A DNA stretch of 64,000 nt from a virus, in IMG/VR virus record IMGVR_UViG_3300020582_000006, positions 1-64,000 of that record. One strand, given 5' to 3'. Both the position numbers and the translations under genes were made by a program. Each line of letters begins with the position of its first letter. Positions within the stretch are counted from its first letter, which is position 1. The notes beneath the pieces are model-generated. The model was not told the DNA's origin, did not search any database, and was given only the letters and a program-made list of their open reading frames with translations. This document shows, piece by piece, positions 19,392-29,880 of this stretch.

Positions 19392-20813
19392 ATGGGATCT
19401 TACGTTCCTCCTTTTGTCGGTCCGGCCGGCCTGCAGATTCCGCTCGAGCCGGAAATTCTGTCGAACCTGCTCACTCAGTTTCTGGCGATCTATGGCCAGT
19501 CGAACTATGTCGGTCCGGACACCGCGGACTATCAGGACACGTCGATCCGCGCGCTGCAGTACTCCGATGCGAACGCGGCCATGCAGCAGGTGTTCGTCTC
19601 GCTCAATCCGCTCTATGCCACCGGCGTCGCGCTCGACAATTGCGGCGTGCTGATCGGGACGGCGCGTAAACAGGCGACTTCGTCCACGGTTTCACTGACT
19701 ATCACCGGCACACCCGGCGCGATCATCAATAACGGGCTCGTACAAGACCAGGTCGGCAATTTCTGGGCCTTGCCCGTCTCGATTCAGATCACCGGCAGCG
19801 GCACGGTGCAGACCACGGCTACCTGCCAGCTGCTCGGCATCGTCACGGCGGATCCGAATACGATCACGACCATAGCCACGCCCACGGCGGGCTGGACGAG
19901 CGTCACTAATCCGGTCGCCGTCGCAGTCGGCGGCGTGTATCCCAATACGGCGGGCCTGCCGGTCGAGGCGGATTCGCAATACCGCGCCCGCCTGCTGAGC
20001 TCACAAGCTCAGCCATCGCTTACTACTCTCGCCGGCACCGCGGCGGCAATCGCCGCCGTCCCCAACGTCACCCGGTCTCAGGTCTATGAGAATCCGACGA
20101 ACTCGACCGATGTCAACGGGATCCCTCCGCATTCGATCTGCTGCGTCGTCGAAGGCGGCGATCCGGAGGCCGTCTGTCAGGCGATTTACGACCATCGCGG
20201 CATCGGCTGCAACACGTTCGGCGGGGCCACTCCGATCACGCGCTCGATCGTCGATCCTTCGAACGGCGGTATCAGCCTGCCGATCTCTTACATAGGCGTG
20301 ACCTATCTGCAGGTCTACGTTTCTTACAACATCCATCCGTTGAGCGGCTACACTTCGGCCGTCCCGCCTGCGATTCAGGCGAACGTGCTGCTCTATCTGA
20401 GCGGGCTCAGTATCGGCGAGGACGTCTATGCGGGCGAGCTGATCAATGCCGCGCTCGATGCGCGGGCCAATCCGGAGAATCCGACCTTTGCCATCCGCAG
20501 CCTGAGTTACGGAACGTTCGCCGTGGGCACGCCGTCGACCGCTGACCTGAACGCGCTTAATCCCGTCATCGTCGTGCCTTCGACTATCGGCCTTATCAAC
20601 GGCCAGGTCGTGATCGGCGCGGGGATCCTCCCCAATACGACGATCCTGCAGATCGCCGGTCTGAACGTGACGCTCTCGCAGGCTCCCGTCGTGACCGGCG
20701 TCAACGTGCCGATCAGCGTCGTCAACGTCAATCCGCCCGGGTCGGATATCGTGATCGGCTTCGCGCAGGCGGCGCAGACTAATTCCTCGAACATCATCGT
20801 CACCCTCGTCTGA
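19392..20813 (+). CDS. Baseplate J-like protein
   Basis: ATGVALD, EADSQYRAR, YENPT...GIPPHSICCVVEGG motifs. Confidence 0.88.
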   Translation: MGSYVPPFVGPAGLQIPLEPEILSNLLTQFLAIYGQSNYVGPDTADYQDTSIRALQYSDANAAMQQVFVSLNPLYATGVALDNCGVLIGTARKQATSSTVSLTITGTPGAIINNGLVQDQVGNFWALPVSIQITGSGTVQTTATCQLLGIVTADPNTITTIATPTAGWTSVTNPVAVAVGGVYPNTAGLPVEADSQYRARLLSSQAQPSLTTLAGTAAAIAAVPNVTRSQVYENPTNSTDVNGIPPHSICCVVEGGDPEAVCQAIYDHRGIGCNTFGGATPITRSIVDPSNGGISLPISYIGVTYLQVYVSYNIHPLSGYTSAVPPAIQANVLLYLSGLSIGEDVYAGELINAALDARANPENPTFAIRSLSYGTFAVGTPSTADLNALNPVIVVPSTIGLINGQVVIGAGILPNTTILQIAGLNVTLSQAPVVTGVNVPISVVNVNPPGSDIVIGFAQAAQTNSSNIIVTLV

Positions 20814-21682
20814 TGTCTTCGCCTCTGGTTCCCAATCCGGTTCCGCCCGCGCCGTTCGCGCTGCCGAACAGTTACTATCTCAGGCTCGTCACCTCCGAGT
20901 ATCAGGGCCCGGCACCCAACATGCTCACGTGGCTGAATGACAACCTGCAGTATCTCGAGGACGTGACGGCGGCGCTCCTCGAGATACTCAACGCTTACTA
21001 TCTGCCGGCCGCCGTCGGGGCGCAGCTCGACGTGATCGGCGTGATCGTCGGTCAGACGCGGCTCGTCGGCTTCCAGCCTACCGGACTGAATTCGGTTGCG
21101 CCGGGAGGCGGCACTACCACAGGCAGCGCCGGGACAGGCTATATCGTCGGGGATATCGTTACGGTCATTCAGACCGGCGCGCAGAATGGCACGCTGCGGG
21201 TCACTGCCATCGGCTCAGGCGGATCGGTGAGCACGATCCAGATCGTCAATCCCGGCAATGGCTATTCGGCGCTCGGCGGGCCCAGCGTGCCTACGTCGGG
21301 AGGACACGGCACCGGCTTCACTTGTGTGATCGTCTCGACGATCAGCCCGATCCTCGACGACAATACTTACCGGCAAGTGCTCCAGTGTCGCGTCTTCCAG
21401 AATCACTGGGACGGTCAGATCGGCTCACTCGGTCCCTTCTGGCAGACGGTATTCCCGGGCGGGACGATCACACTGCTCGATCACATGAACATGACCGCGA
21501 CGGTCACCGTGGGCGGCGATTTCAGCTCGATCCTGATCGACCTGATTCTGAACGGCTATATTGTGCCGCGGCCGCAGGCAGTGCTCTACACTTACGCGCT
21601 CGCTACGACCACGCTGCCGGTCTTCGGCTTCGATGAATCGACGCCTTATGTCGCCGGTTTCGATCTTGGCCACTTTCTCTGA
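20813..21682 (+). CDS. Baseplate wedge protein (DUF2612-like) with an inserted domain
   Basis: AVGAQLDVIGVIVG, LDDNTYR...NHWDG, PRPQAV and FGFD motifs. Confidence 0.82.
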   Translation: MSSPLVPNPVPPAPFALPNSYYLRLVTSEYQGPAPNMLTWLNDNLQYLEDVTAALLEILNAYYLPAAVGAQLDVIGVIVGQTRLVGFQPTGLNSVAPGGGTTTGSAGTGYIVGDIVTVIQTGAQNGTLRVTAIGSGGSVSTIQIVNPGNGYSALGGPSVPTSGGHGTGFTCVIVSTISPILDDNTYRQVLQCRVFQNHWDGQIGSLGPFWQTVFPGGTITLLDHMNMTATVTVGGDFSSILIDLILNGYIVPRPQAVLYTYALATTTLPVFGFDESTPYVAGFDLGHFL

Positions 21683-21696
21683 AAGGACTTTGAACC

Positions 21697-22167
21697 ATGG
21701 GGCAGTTTTTACAGTGGAACCCTTCTGAAGCGAATCAGGATCCGGACGCTGTCTATCAGACCGATCCGCTGCGCGTCAATGGCATTGCGACCAATGCCAC
21801 ATTTCCTTCACCCACGGCGAACAAGCTGTTCTATCAGCTTTCGACGTTCGTCACGGCGCTCGCCCAGGTGATGGTGGCCAAAGGTTACACGATCGATGAC
21901 GCGTCGCTCTCGGCGCTTGAGACGAACCTCGCCGGCATCGTCACCGGCAAAGACAATCCTACTTTCAATCTTCTGACGGCCGCTTCCATTCTTTCGACCA
22001 CCGGCCTGCAGTCGTATGGCGGCGTCGAATCGGGCGAAGTGGGCGTGCAGGTGGGTCAGTTCGCCTGCGTCGACGTGAGCCTGACCAAACGAAGCGGCTT
22101 CACCGGCACGCTGGCGCAGGCCGTCGCAGCGGGCGCAAGCGTAGTCGGCGGCATCATCGTTCCCTGA
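21697..22167 (+). CDS. Short tail fibre anchor protein
   Basis: SPTANKLFYQLSTFVTALAQ N-terminal fibre motif. Confidence 0.65.
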   Translation: MGQFLQWNPSEANQDPDAVYQTDPLRVNGIATNATFPSPTANKLFYQLSTFVTALAQVMVAKGYTIDDASLSALETNLAGIVTGKDNPTFNLLTAASILSTTGLQSYGGVESGEVGVQVGQFACVDVSLTKRSGFTGTLAQAVAAGASVVGGIIVP

Positions 22168-22189
22168 ATCCAAAGGAGCTAACTCAAAA

Positions 22190-22894
22190 ATGACACCTTC
22201 GGTTAATGCGCCGACGACTCCGGTCGTGGGAACCAACGGCGGCAAGATCGGTGCAGCAGCAGTCTGGACCGGCACAAACGTTCTGGGCAATGCAACCGAT
22301 GCTGGCTTTGTGGCCAGCGGCTTGAATCTGGTCGGAGCTGTTCCGGCGCTCAATTTTATAAGCGCCACAACCCCTGCAACGTCATGGCTGCAGATCGTGG
22401 CAGGGGCCGGCGCGTCTTACTGGATCACTCCAGGCGCATTGCAGATGCAGGCAGCGGGTGACATTCAGTTCAACCTCAACGGAGTTCTCCGCTGGGATAT
22501 CAGCAATGGCTACGGCGGCGCGCTGATACCTGGAGCTGACAATGCTAATCCGATCGGCGTTACCAATGCAGCGGGAGTCAACACGATTTCACCCTCTTAT
22601 GTCTCCGCTTACCAGTTCCGCCCGGTGACCGCCAGATCGACCATCAACGGTTCGACGTCCGGAAGCATTGTTGTCACGAATCCCTTCACGGGATCAGCGA
22701 ACCGAAAGGTAATCATCGTCCTGCAGAATCTGACTGGCACGGCCAGTTTCAGCTTCTCTCAGGTCTGGAGCTTCCTGCCGGGAATCTTCGCGCCGACGAC
22801 GGCGCTCGCTGCCGCAGTTACATCGCTTACCACTTCCGGCGCCACCATCACCGGATCCGGCACGTCGGGCGTGATCATCCTCGAGGGCTTCTAA
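22190..22894 (+). CDS. Tail fibre / receptor-binding-type protein
   Basis: Gly/Thr/Ser-rich beta protein; AAGGAG RBS. Confidence 0.55.
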   Translation: MTPSVNAPTTPVVGTNGGKIGAAAVWTGTNVLGNATDAGFVASGLNLVGAVPALNFISATTPATSWLQIVAGAGASYWITPGALQMQAAGDIQFNLNGVLRWDISNGYGGALIPGADNANPIGVTNAAGVNTISPSYVSAYQFRPVTARSTINGSTSGSIVVTNPFTGSANRKVIIVLQNLTGTASFSFSQVWSFLPGIFAPTTALAAAVTSLTTSGATITGSGTSGVIILEGF

Positions 22895-22897
22895 AGC

Positions 22898-24973
22898 ATG
22901 ACCCAAAAACGGGTAATATTATTACCGCTTTTCGGCTTACTGCTGACTGCGCAGACGCCTTTGCCGCCTACGACGCCCATTGTGGGCACCAATGGCGGCC
23001 GCGCCGGGACGTTGCCGATCTGGACCGGCCCGAACATCCTCGGCAACGCCTCGCCCTCGCAGCTTTCCGCCGCTGTCGCCAATCCCAACATTCAAATCAA
23101 CAGCGCCAATTACGGTCTGGTCACCGTTCCGAACGGCATCGCTGACGGCTCGCTGGCCTTTGCCTCCATGAATGATGCGTGTGTGCGACAAGGCTCAGGA
23201 TCGGTCGTAGTGCAGGCCGGGTCTTTCTCGAATGGCGCTATGGGGCCGATCATCGAGAATCCTTACTGTCCCTGGACGGGAGGCGGTCAGCGCGTCACCA
23301 TGATCCAGCCGTCGAACGGCACGTCTTCCACGGTCTTTCAGGGCGCTGTCGCCGGTTATGCGGGAGGCGTGATCGTCAATCGTTCCGCCACGGGCAACAC
23401 CGGATCCAACTCTTACATCGTCTCGACCGGCGTCTCGCATATGACCGTTTTCGGGAACGGTATCCATGCGACCGGCACCACGCCGTGCATCGAGGAGTAC
23501 GGGATCAACCTCACGCATGAGGATCTCGAAGTCTTCGGCTGCCGCGCCAACGGCCTCGAATACGACTACAATCCCATGGCGGCCGAACCGCCCTCCGTCG
23601 CCCTCGCCGGCTCGCATGAGAATCACGTTCACCGGCTGAATATTCATCACAACGGCGTGGACGTCACCAATAACGATGCCGTCATCACGCCGTGGGCTGT
23701 CGGCCTGTCGATTGACGCGGACGCGGATCAGGACGTCGGGGACATTCTGGTCTATAACAGCGCCTGCCATAACCTGTTCCTGGGGCACAATGCCGCCGCT
23801 GTGATCGGCGGCGACTTCCATCTGTTCGCGCCGGGCGTCGGCTGCACCAACCTCGTGGAAGAGTCGGCTTCCAACCAGATCCATACCCTGGCAGCGGAAG
23901 GCGGGCAAGGCACGGTCGGCGGCGGCTACGCGGTGTGTCAGATGGTCATCATGGGGCTGGATAATCAGCTTACCGACCTCTATCCCTTCGAGCCCCAGGT
24001 CGAGAACAATGCCACCTGCGGCATCAAAGCCGGTCAGTCGAATGGCGAGATTCCCTATCCCGGCCAGTGGTGGCAAACCCTTGCAGGCGATGTCTCGACG
24101 CCGATTGTGACCACTGCGACCGGCACGATGGGGACCAATACGCTCACCATCACCGGCTCGACTGCCGGCATCGTCAACGGCCAGTTTGTGCTGATCGGCG
24201 GACGCCCGAATAACGGCACGGCGGCTTTGACCACCGGCACGATTGCGGGCACCACGGTTACGCTCAGTTCGGCGCTGACTGCGCCGGTCAATGGATCGGT
24301 CACCTTCGCCAATTCGGTGACGCAGCAGGTCGCTGTGCTGCAGTCGAGGATGAGCTACCTGGCCACCAATACCTTCGCGCCGCAGGGCGGTTTCTGGTTC
24401 GACAATATCTTCAATTCGGAGGTCCGGGGCCTTACCGATCTTGCCTTTAATCAGTCGGGCGCGGCTTATGTCAGCGGCACTCCCGATCAATCCAACAGCT
24501 TCGCCATTCAGGGCGCGGGTCTGACCTGTCCGGCGGGCTCGGCCTCGCTTGCGCTCTGCGGCGGCGTGCAGTTCTCGGCGGGCGGCACGTCGATCCTCAG
24601 TCTGACCGGCACCAGCGTGGCCCTGCGTAACAACCTTGCATCGGGAATCCTCGGCATTTCGAACACGTTCCGCCTGGTCAGCATCACGGAAACGCTCACC
24701 GGGAATGGCCAGACCATTCAGGTCTTCGGCACTTCCGCCTATGAAGGCATCATTGACGTAACGCCTCCTGCAGGCGGCGCCACCGGCACGATTCTCGCTC
24801 CCGGCGCTGTCGATGGCCAGCAGGTCGAGGTCTGCGACGTATCCGCCGCCGATCCCATCACCTTCGCGGTGCAGGCTACCTCACATATCGCGGTTCCGAA
24901 TACCATCGCGTTCGGCACCTGTTCTCTCTACCGCTGGCGTGCGACCGGCACGTTGTGGTATCAGGTCCCTTAG
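22898..24973 (+). CDS. Beta-helix tailspike-type protein with hydrophobic N-terminal leader
   Basis: MTQKRVILLPLFGLLLTAQ leader; beta-helix-like repeats; shares an N-terminal motif with 22190. Confidence 0.6.
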   Translation: MTQKRVILLPLFGLLLTAQTPLPPTTPIVGTNGGRAGTLPIWTGPNILGNASPSQLSAAVANPNIQINSANYGLVTVPNGIADGSLAFASMNDACVRQGSGSVVVQAGSFSNGAMGPIIENPYCPWTGGGQRVTMIQPSNGTSSTVFQGAVAGYAGGVIVNRSATGNTGSNSYIVSTGVSHMTVFGNGIHATGTTPCIEEYGINLTHEDLEVFGCRANGLEYDYNPMAAEPPSVALAGSHENHVHRLNIHHNGVDVTNNDAVITPWAVGLSIDADADQDVGDILVYNSACHNLFLGHNAAAVIGGDFHLFAPGVGCTNLVEESASNQIHTLAAEGGQGTVGGGYAVCQMVIMGLDNQLTDLYPFEPQVENNATCGIKAGQSNGEIPYPGQWWQTLAGDVSTPIVTTATGTMGTNTLTITGSTAGIVNGQFVLIGGRPNNGTAALTTGTIAGTTVTLSSALTAPVNGSVTFANSVTQQVAVLQSRMSYLATNTFAPQGGFWFDNIFNSEVRGLTDLAFNQSGAAYVSGTPDQSNSFAIQGAGLTCPAGSASLALCGGVQFSAGGTSILSLTGTSVALRNNLASGILGISNTFRLVSITETLTGNGQTIQVFGTSAYEGIIDVTPPAGGATGTILAPGAVDGQQVEVCDVSAADPITFAVQATSHIAVPNTIAFGTCSLYRWRATGTLWYQVP

Positions 24974-25127
24974 TCATGCGCCAGGACAAGATATTTCGAA
25001 CCGTCCGGTTCCTCCGCTATTGGGTCTTGCGCGGCGCGGGTCGCCGCTATCAGGAAGGCGAGACAGCCGAACTGGTCGACTGGCTCGCCCTCAAGATGGT
25101 CCTCGATGGCGTGGCGGAGTTCGTGCG

Positions 25128-25505
25128 ATGAAACTGATCGAACAAGCGAAGGCGCTGGGAGTAAGAACCTGGCTCTGGTCGGCCGCGATCGGCCTCATGT
25201 TCTCACTATTGGGCGTTTCCGCGGCCTGGACCGATGGCTATGAGAAAGCGCAGTCGAGCGCCTATAACGAGACGCTGCGCGGGCTGCTCATCCTCGCGCG
25301 CACGCCGGGCGAAGTCGGCTTCATGCAGATGGTCACCACCTGGGGCGGCAACCTCGGGCGGCAAAACGACCGGCTGATGTATGCGCTCCAGCATCCCGGG
25401 TCTTACAAGCCTCCCGTTCCCGAAGCAACCCCGGATGAATACGCGAAGGCGCTTGCCGAACAGCTGCGCAAGCATCCTCTGCCGCCGACCAGGGAAAAAC
25501 GTTAA
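25128..25505 (+). CDS. Hypothetical membrane/secreted protein
   Basis: Hydrophobic segment near the N-terminus. Confidence 0.5.
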   Translation: MKLIEQAKALGVRTWLWSAAIGLMFSLLGVSAAWTDGYEKAQSSAYNETLRGLLILARTPGEVGFMQMVTTWGGNLGRQNDRLMYALQHPGSYKPPVPEATPDEYAKALAEQLRKHPLPPTREKR

Positions 25506-25517
25506 GATGGAACGCGA

Positions 25518-25760
25518 ATGGATCCAGTGGTTCCCGATCCCGACGAAGCACTGGGAAGAAACCTGGCCGCAGCCTACCTCGCCTATTTCGAGGGCGTGAG
25601 TCTTACCACGGCGCGAAAGAAGTATATCGGCGAGAAAATCGGCGCATACTGGATCGCCCTCGCGCAGGTCGTAAGAGCGGATATGACCAGAATGACGGAA
25701 GAACGTATGCGGGGCGTGCTCGACCGGGTGGATGAGCTGTTAAACAAACCCGTACAGTAA
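25518..25760 (+). CDS. Hypothetical protein
   Basis: 80-aa ORF converging on the minus-strand operon. Confidence 0.5.
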   Translation: MDPVVPDPDEALGRNLAAAYLAYFEGVSLTTARKKYIGEKIGAYWIALAQVVRADMTRMTEERMRGVLDRVDELLNKPVQ

Positions 25761-26045
25761 TCAGTCCATCTTCTGCTGCTGCTGCCGCCGATTGCGCGGG
25801 AACGCGTGGGTTATGGCCTGGCCGGCTTCGCAGGCTTCCTGTTCGTAAAGCGCGATCTCCTGTTCGGTCAGCGCCTCATCGGGAGACGGCAAACTGACGA
25901 TGATCGAGAAATCCTCACCTTCCTCAATCACCAGCTGGATCGGCTGGGCGGCGAGTTCGTCGTAACTGACGTGGATCGAATCGCGGCCTTCCCGGCGCAT
26001 GAGTACCCCCAGAACGGCGAACGCGAACTCTTCGTGACTAGGCAT
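25761..26045 (-). CDS. Hypothetical protein
   Basis: Last gene of the leftward operon. Confidence 0.55.
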   Translation of the reverse strand: MPSHEEFAFAVLGVLMRREGRDSIHVSYDELAAQPIQLVIEEGEDFSIIVSLPSPDEALTEQEIALYEQEACEAGQAITHAFPRNRRQQQQKMD

Positions 26046-26412
26046 ATAAGGATCCTTGAGCGGCTACAGCTTCGGCTGTAGCCGCTTTTTCTATTTCAAA
26101 CGTGATTTCTACCCAGGGGAAGATCTGCACCAGCCAGAAGCCTTTGGCCGCGGCCATGGCATCTTCGGGCGTCTTCGCCGTGGCTACCGCATAAGGCCCA
26201 TGCCGCCGAGGATACCAGAGGTGCTCGTGATAGACGCCGTAATCGCCCGGTTTCAGCTTCGGGCCCATATCCCAGTCCTGCGGCGCGTCGGGCGGGATCC
26301 GGTCGCAGTACATGCGCCGTCCTCCCGGCGTCGGACAAATGAACTGGTTGCCGGATGAATTGGAGCCTGTAATCAGGTTCTCGAACGTGGCCACCCAGAG
26401 CGTTACCTTCAT
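26038..26412 (-). CDS. Hypothetical protein
   Basis: Tightly packed ORF. Confidence 0.55.
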   Translation of the reverse strand: MKVTLWVATFENLITGSNSSGNQFICPTPGGRRMYCDRIPPDAPQDWDMGPKLKPGDYGVYHEHLWYPRRHGPYAVATAKTPEDAMAAAKGFWLVQIFPWVEITFEIEKAATAEAVAAQGSLYA

Positions 26413-26527
26413 GGCTCACCGGAAGGCCTTCGCGATGTCAGCCGAGAGACTGCAGAGCGCCGCGCCGATCACGATGCCCAACAGCAGCAGATAGCCTGCG
26501 ATCAGCGGAGGAGCGTGAACCTTGCGC

Positions 26528-26887
26528 TTAGTGCTGATAGGGCGGCGTCGCCGGCGCGTGCTCTTTGGTACCGGGCGCCGGCTTGTAGCCCGTGATGTCG
26601 TATACCGACTGGCAATCCACATGACTTCTCAATTCGAGAACCGTCGCCATCTTGTCGGCCTCGTTCGCCTTCGCCAGCGCCGTGATCACGCCGTCCGTGT
26701 CGCCGCAGACATAGACCAGTCTCATCGCCGTGCGAAAGTCTTCGCCGGTCATGGTCATGTGATCGGCGGGAGCCGGTATCTGATGCGGAGGCGGCAGATC
26801 CGAGTGATTGATGCCGTTGTCAGTCAGCTGGGCGAACAGCTGTACCGCAGCCAGTGCGATCAGCGGGTATAGGACTTGCCGGTTCAT
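26528..26887 (-). CDS. Hypothetical secreted protein
   Basis: Signal-like N-terminus LIALAAVQLFA-Q. Confidence 0.55.
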   Translation of the reverse strand: MNRQVLYPLIALAAVQLFAQLTDNGINHSDLPPPHQIPAPADHMTMTGEDFRTAMRLVYVCGDTDGVITALAKANEADKMATVLELRSHVDCQSVYDITGYKPAPGTKEHAPATPPYQH

Positions 26888-27642
26888 ACTTCGGGATAGC
26901 TGGCCGCCGCGCCCGCCGGATCGGCAGGCGGAGCCGCCGCGCGAGCTCGCCGCCGCCGCTCGGTCTGTTCTTTCGAACGCTCGACAAACCCGGCGTTCTG
27001 ATCGACCGGCATATTGCGCAGCGCGACCACGCAGGGCTCGCCATTGACATGCGTCTTCTGATCGTTAAGCATGTCGATTCCGGCGTCGCATGACGGGCAT
27101 CCGGCCGAATCCGCCGCCAGAGGCAAAGGCAGAGGATTCTGTTTGTCATCGACTTTGGTTCCACTCGCGACGTCGACGCGCTCGCCGCCGGGGAAGAGTG
27201 TGTCCTGTTTCGCCGCCGGCACATAGCCGATGGTCAGGCGGCACTTCTGGGCGCCCATCATGAACTCTTCGAGCTTGCGGCAGCCGATCTCATCGGCGAT
27301 CTCGGCCTTGAAGCGCACTTCGAGGCGATGGCCCTGGCCGCGCTTGCCCTCGATCTCGAGCGAGACGATCTTGAACTTGTAAACCTTCGCCGTCTGGACC
27401 TCGGTCTGCATCTTGCGCAGATCCTTCTCGTTGGGACTCATCTCGATGATGGTCGAGGCCAGCTCGCCGTGCTGAATATCCGGCTCCGTAGCCTTGGTCC
27501 AGTCGGCGATCTCATCCCATCCCATCGCTTCGATGACGTCCTGAGTGAGCGGGGCGGAGAATTTGGCGTAAGCACCGTTTTTGCGGGTGCGGCCGAAGCC
27601 TTCGAGGAGGGCGTTTGTAAAAACGATTTTACTGTTGGGCAA
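26884..27642 (-). CDS. Hypothetical protein
   Basis: 252 aa; AGGAG RBS; CPSC motif. Confidence 0.65.
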   Translation of the reverse strand: MPNSKIVFTNALLEGFGRTRKNGAYAKFSAPLTQDVIEAMGWDEIADWTKATEPDIQHGELASTIIEMSPNEKDLRKMQTEVQTAKVYKFKIVSLEIEGKRGQGHRLEVRFKAEIADEIGCRKLEEFMMGAQKCRLTIGYVPAAKQDTLFPGGERVDVASGTKVDDKQNPLPLPLAADSAGCPSCDAGIDMLNDQKTHVNGEPCVVALRNMPVDQNAGFVERSKEQTERRRRARAAAPPADPAGAAASYPEV

Positions 27643-27709
27643 AGAGGTTTCTCCTGTTTGCCTTATCAGTCTACAGGGTTGGCACCGGAATTACGCAGGT
27701 TTTTCAGGC

Positions 27710-28213
27710 TTATTCACCTAATTCCCGCAATGGTATGCGCATTTCCGGGTGTTCCAGGATGCCGTCCGGCAGTTCATAGCGGCGATCGTCCCGGTAAAGC
27801 CAGGCGCTGCGGTCAGTCGGATCCACCAGCCAGATGCACTCAATCCCCATCGCGCGATAGTCGGCAATACGCCATTCCATTTTCCGCATGGTGTCCGCGG
27901 GGGAAAGAATCTCGATCACGGCCAGCGGCGGTTCAGTGACGATGCTGCCTTCAGGTTGATACCTGCAGATGGTGATATCGGGTACGCGGAACCTTGTCGC
28001 GCTCACCTGAACGCGTTGTTCCGGCAAGCTGTATATCTTCCATTCTTTCTCGCGATCCATGAGGTATTTCAGGATCAAACCAGTCAGCCGCGCGTGATCT
28101 CGTTCGCCCAGATTTCTCTCCTCGACAGTCCCGTCGACGAAGTCACGGTCCCCGTCCTCATAAGACGTATGCAGGTATTCGTAAAGCGCAGCTTCCATGG
28201 TGGTGGTGCTCAT
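27710..28213 (-). CDS. Uma2-family (PD-(D/E)XK) endonuclease
   Basis: YLHTSYE, PEQRVQVSATRFRVPDI, PPLAVIEILSP and IWLVDP motifs. Confidence 0.88.
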   Translation of the reverse strand: MSTTTMEAALYEYLHTSYEDGDRDFVDGTVEERNLGERDHARLTGLILKYLMDREKEWKIYSLPEQRVQVSATRFRVPDITICRYQPEGSIVTEPPLAVIEILSPADTMRKMEWRIADYRAMGIECIWLVDPTDRSAWLYRDDRRYELPDGILEHPEMRIPLRELGE

Positions 28214-28339
28214 TTGTGGCTGACTTCCCATTCGATCCGCAGCGGCCCGAGTTGCAGCCAGAAGAACGGCTGAACCTTCGGATTGGTGGCGCCGTCGTAA
28301 CGGGACGCGAAGACCGATCCTGACTGCACCAGTTGCCAG

Positions 28340-28528
28340 CTACCCCGGCGGAAGATCTGCAGCTCGATTCCGAACGGCAAGCGGTAACTGCGGGGGCACG
28401 GCTTTACCTCGGCGCATACGGACGAAATCATAGAAGAACCGCCGTCCGCAGTCGAGGCATACGACTGACGTCACCCGGGCAAGCGTCTGCGGGAAAGTGG
28501 TTCGCTGGTGTCTGCAGAACCAGAGCAT
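28340..28528 (-). CDS. Small Cys/His protein (start uncertain)
   Basis: CRH..TTFP...VVCLDCG..F.YD motif. Confidence 0.5.
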   Translation of the reverse strand: MLWFCRHQRTTFPQTLARVTSVVCLDCGRRFFYDFVRMRRGKAVPPQLPLAVRNRAADLPPG

Positions 28529-28573
28529 ACAACCGATATACGAAAGGTATCAAACCGCAATTTCCTGTTCGGA

Positions 28574-29143
28574 TCAAGAATGCGCCCTCAATACGGATAA
28601 TTCGATCTCAGTCAGATCCCAGGCGGCGAGAACCACCCAGGCGTCCTTGCCGATGCGCTTGAGCAGATAGGGATCGCGCGGGATGGCCTTCCAGTCCGCT
28701 TCCCACAGGATGTGGTACTTGCGCAGATCCGGGCCGGATCCGGCAGGCCGGTATTGCGGGGGAATGCGCGGCAATTTCGCGTGCAGCGTGCCGCGGTACA
28801 TGACGCGCTCCGTCTCCGGCCACGGAATCTCGAAGTGCCATTCCGCGGCCTTCGACCGGTGCTCGTTGCTGAAGATCACCCTGTCCGAGTGCCAGGGATC
28901 GCAGAGGCACACCTGCTGGTCGGCTGCCATGATCGCGAGGCGCGGCCGGCCCAGCTGGTCGACGCCGGCCTTGCGGATCGCATCGTTGACGCTGATCACG
29001 GTCTTGCCGTTGGCGATGGCGCGATAGACGCGGGCGATCTCCATGTCGAGCTTGTCCCACTTCGCCCGGTTCGCCTTGTATTCTTTGAGCGCGGCATATG
29101 CCGCACTCTGCGTAACGCTTGTTCCCAATGCGAGGACGTTCAA
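28574..29143 (-). CDS. Phage hypothetical protein
   Basis: TTG start overlapping the upstream stop; ILWEADW...DPYLLKRIG...LAAWDLT. Confidence 0.6.
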   Translation of the reverse strand: MNVLALGTSVTQSAAYAALKEYKANRAKWDKLDMEIARVYRAIANGKTVISVNDAIRKAGVDQLGRPRLAIMAADQQVCLCDPWHSDRVIFSNEHRSKAAEWHFEIPWPETERVMYRGTLHAKLPRIPPQYRPAGSGPDLRKYHILWEADWKAIPRDPYLLKRIGKDAWVVLAAWDLTEIELSVLRAHS

Positions 29144-29382
29144 ACTGATTCCTCCTCTGATGGTGGCCTGACGGTCACCACGTCGAATTGCGCTTCCGCC
29201 GCGTGTTCCATGTGGTCCGCGACTACGGCATCGTTCGCGATCAGAACATAGACCTCGCCGCCCGTGAAAGTGAACCTCCGCCGGGCGTAGGCATGTTCGG
29301 TTGTGGTGACGGCGCGGATGTCGATAATCATCCGCATCACTTCCCGGCCGAGATTGAGGCAGGCCTCGTCTTCGCGCGTCAT
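29140..29382 (-). CDS. Hypothetical protein
   Basis: Translationally coupled ORF. Confidence 0.5.
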   Translation of the reverse strand: MTREDEACLNLGREVMRMIIDIRAVTTTEHAYARRRFTFTGGEVYVLIANDAVVADHMEHAAEAQFDVVTVRPPSEEESV

Positions 29383-29658
29383 CGGAAATCAGCCTCGCAC
29401 ATTCCGAGATTGGCGAGCGTGTCGCCCTCGCGATCCTCGCGCGCCTGCCGCTCGTAACAGGGCCCACAAAGCTCGTCGCCCTTCAGGCACGGCAGTCCGC
29501 AGTGATTACAGGGCCAGGTCTCAGGCGGCGGAATAGAAGCAGTGCTCACAGCGGTCCTGTCTCCCGTTCCACGATTTCGAGAATGCGCCTGAAATTGCTG
29601 CGATTGATCCAGCGGCCGCGCTGCGACCATCGCCAGAACAGGCCGATCAGATTCCAGC

Positions 29659-29880
29659 TCACAGCGGGTTCCCTTCGCCGTCCACTTCGTTCACCCGGAC
29701 GCCGTACTGTTCTTCGAACATCTGCCGGGCGACGGAGGCCATAAGCTCACAATTCGCCTTCGTCGGCGGCACACCGGCCCCCAGACACATACCCTCCAGA
29801 TCGAGGTGCATGTGCTCATTGGCGTCGACGTAGACGCCGTCCGAGATTCTTTTCATCCCGGCAGCCCAGTCCGGCGTCAT
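29659..29880 (-). CDS. Hypothetical protein
   Basis: ATGA-coupled ORF starting MTPDWAAG. Confidence 0.5.
   Translation of the reverse strand: MTPDWAAGMKRISDGVYVDANEHMHLDLEGMCLGAGVPPTKANCELMASVARQMFEEQYGVRVNEVDGEGNPL

Noticed and set aside
13902-24973. Diversity-generating retroelement targeting tail fibres
   Set aside because: No reverse transcriptase and no adenine-variant template/variable repeat pair was seen.
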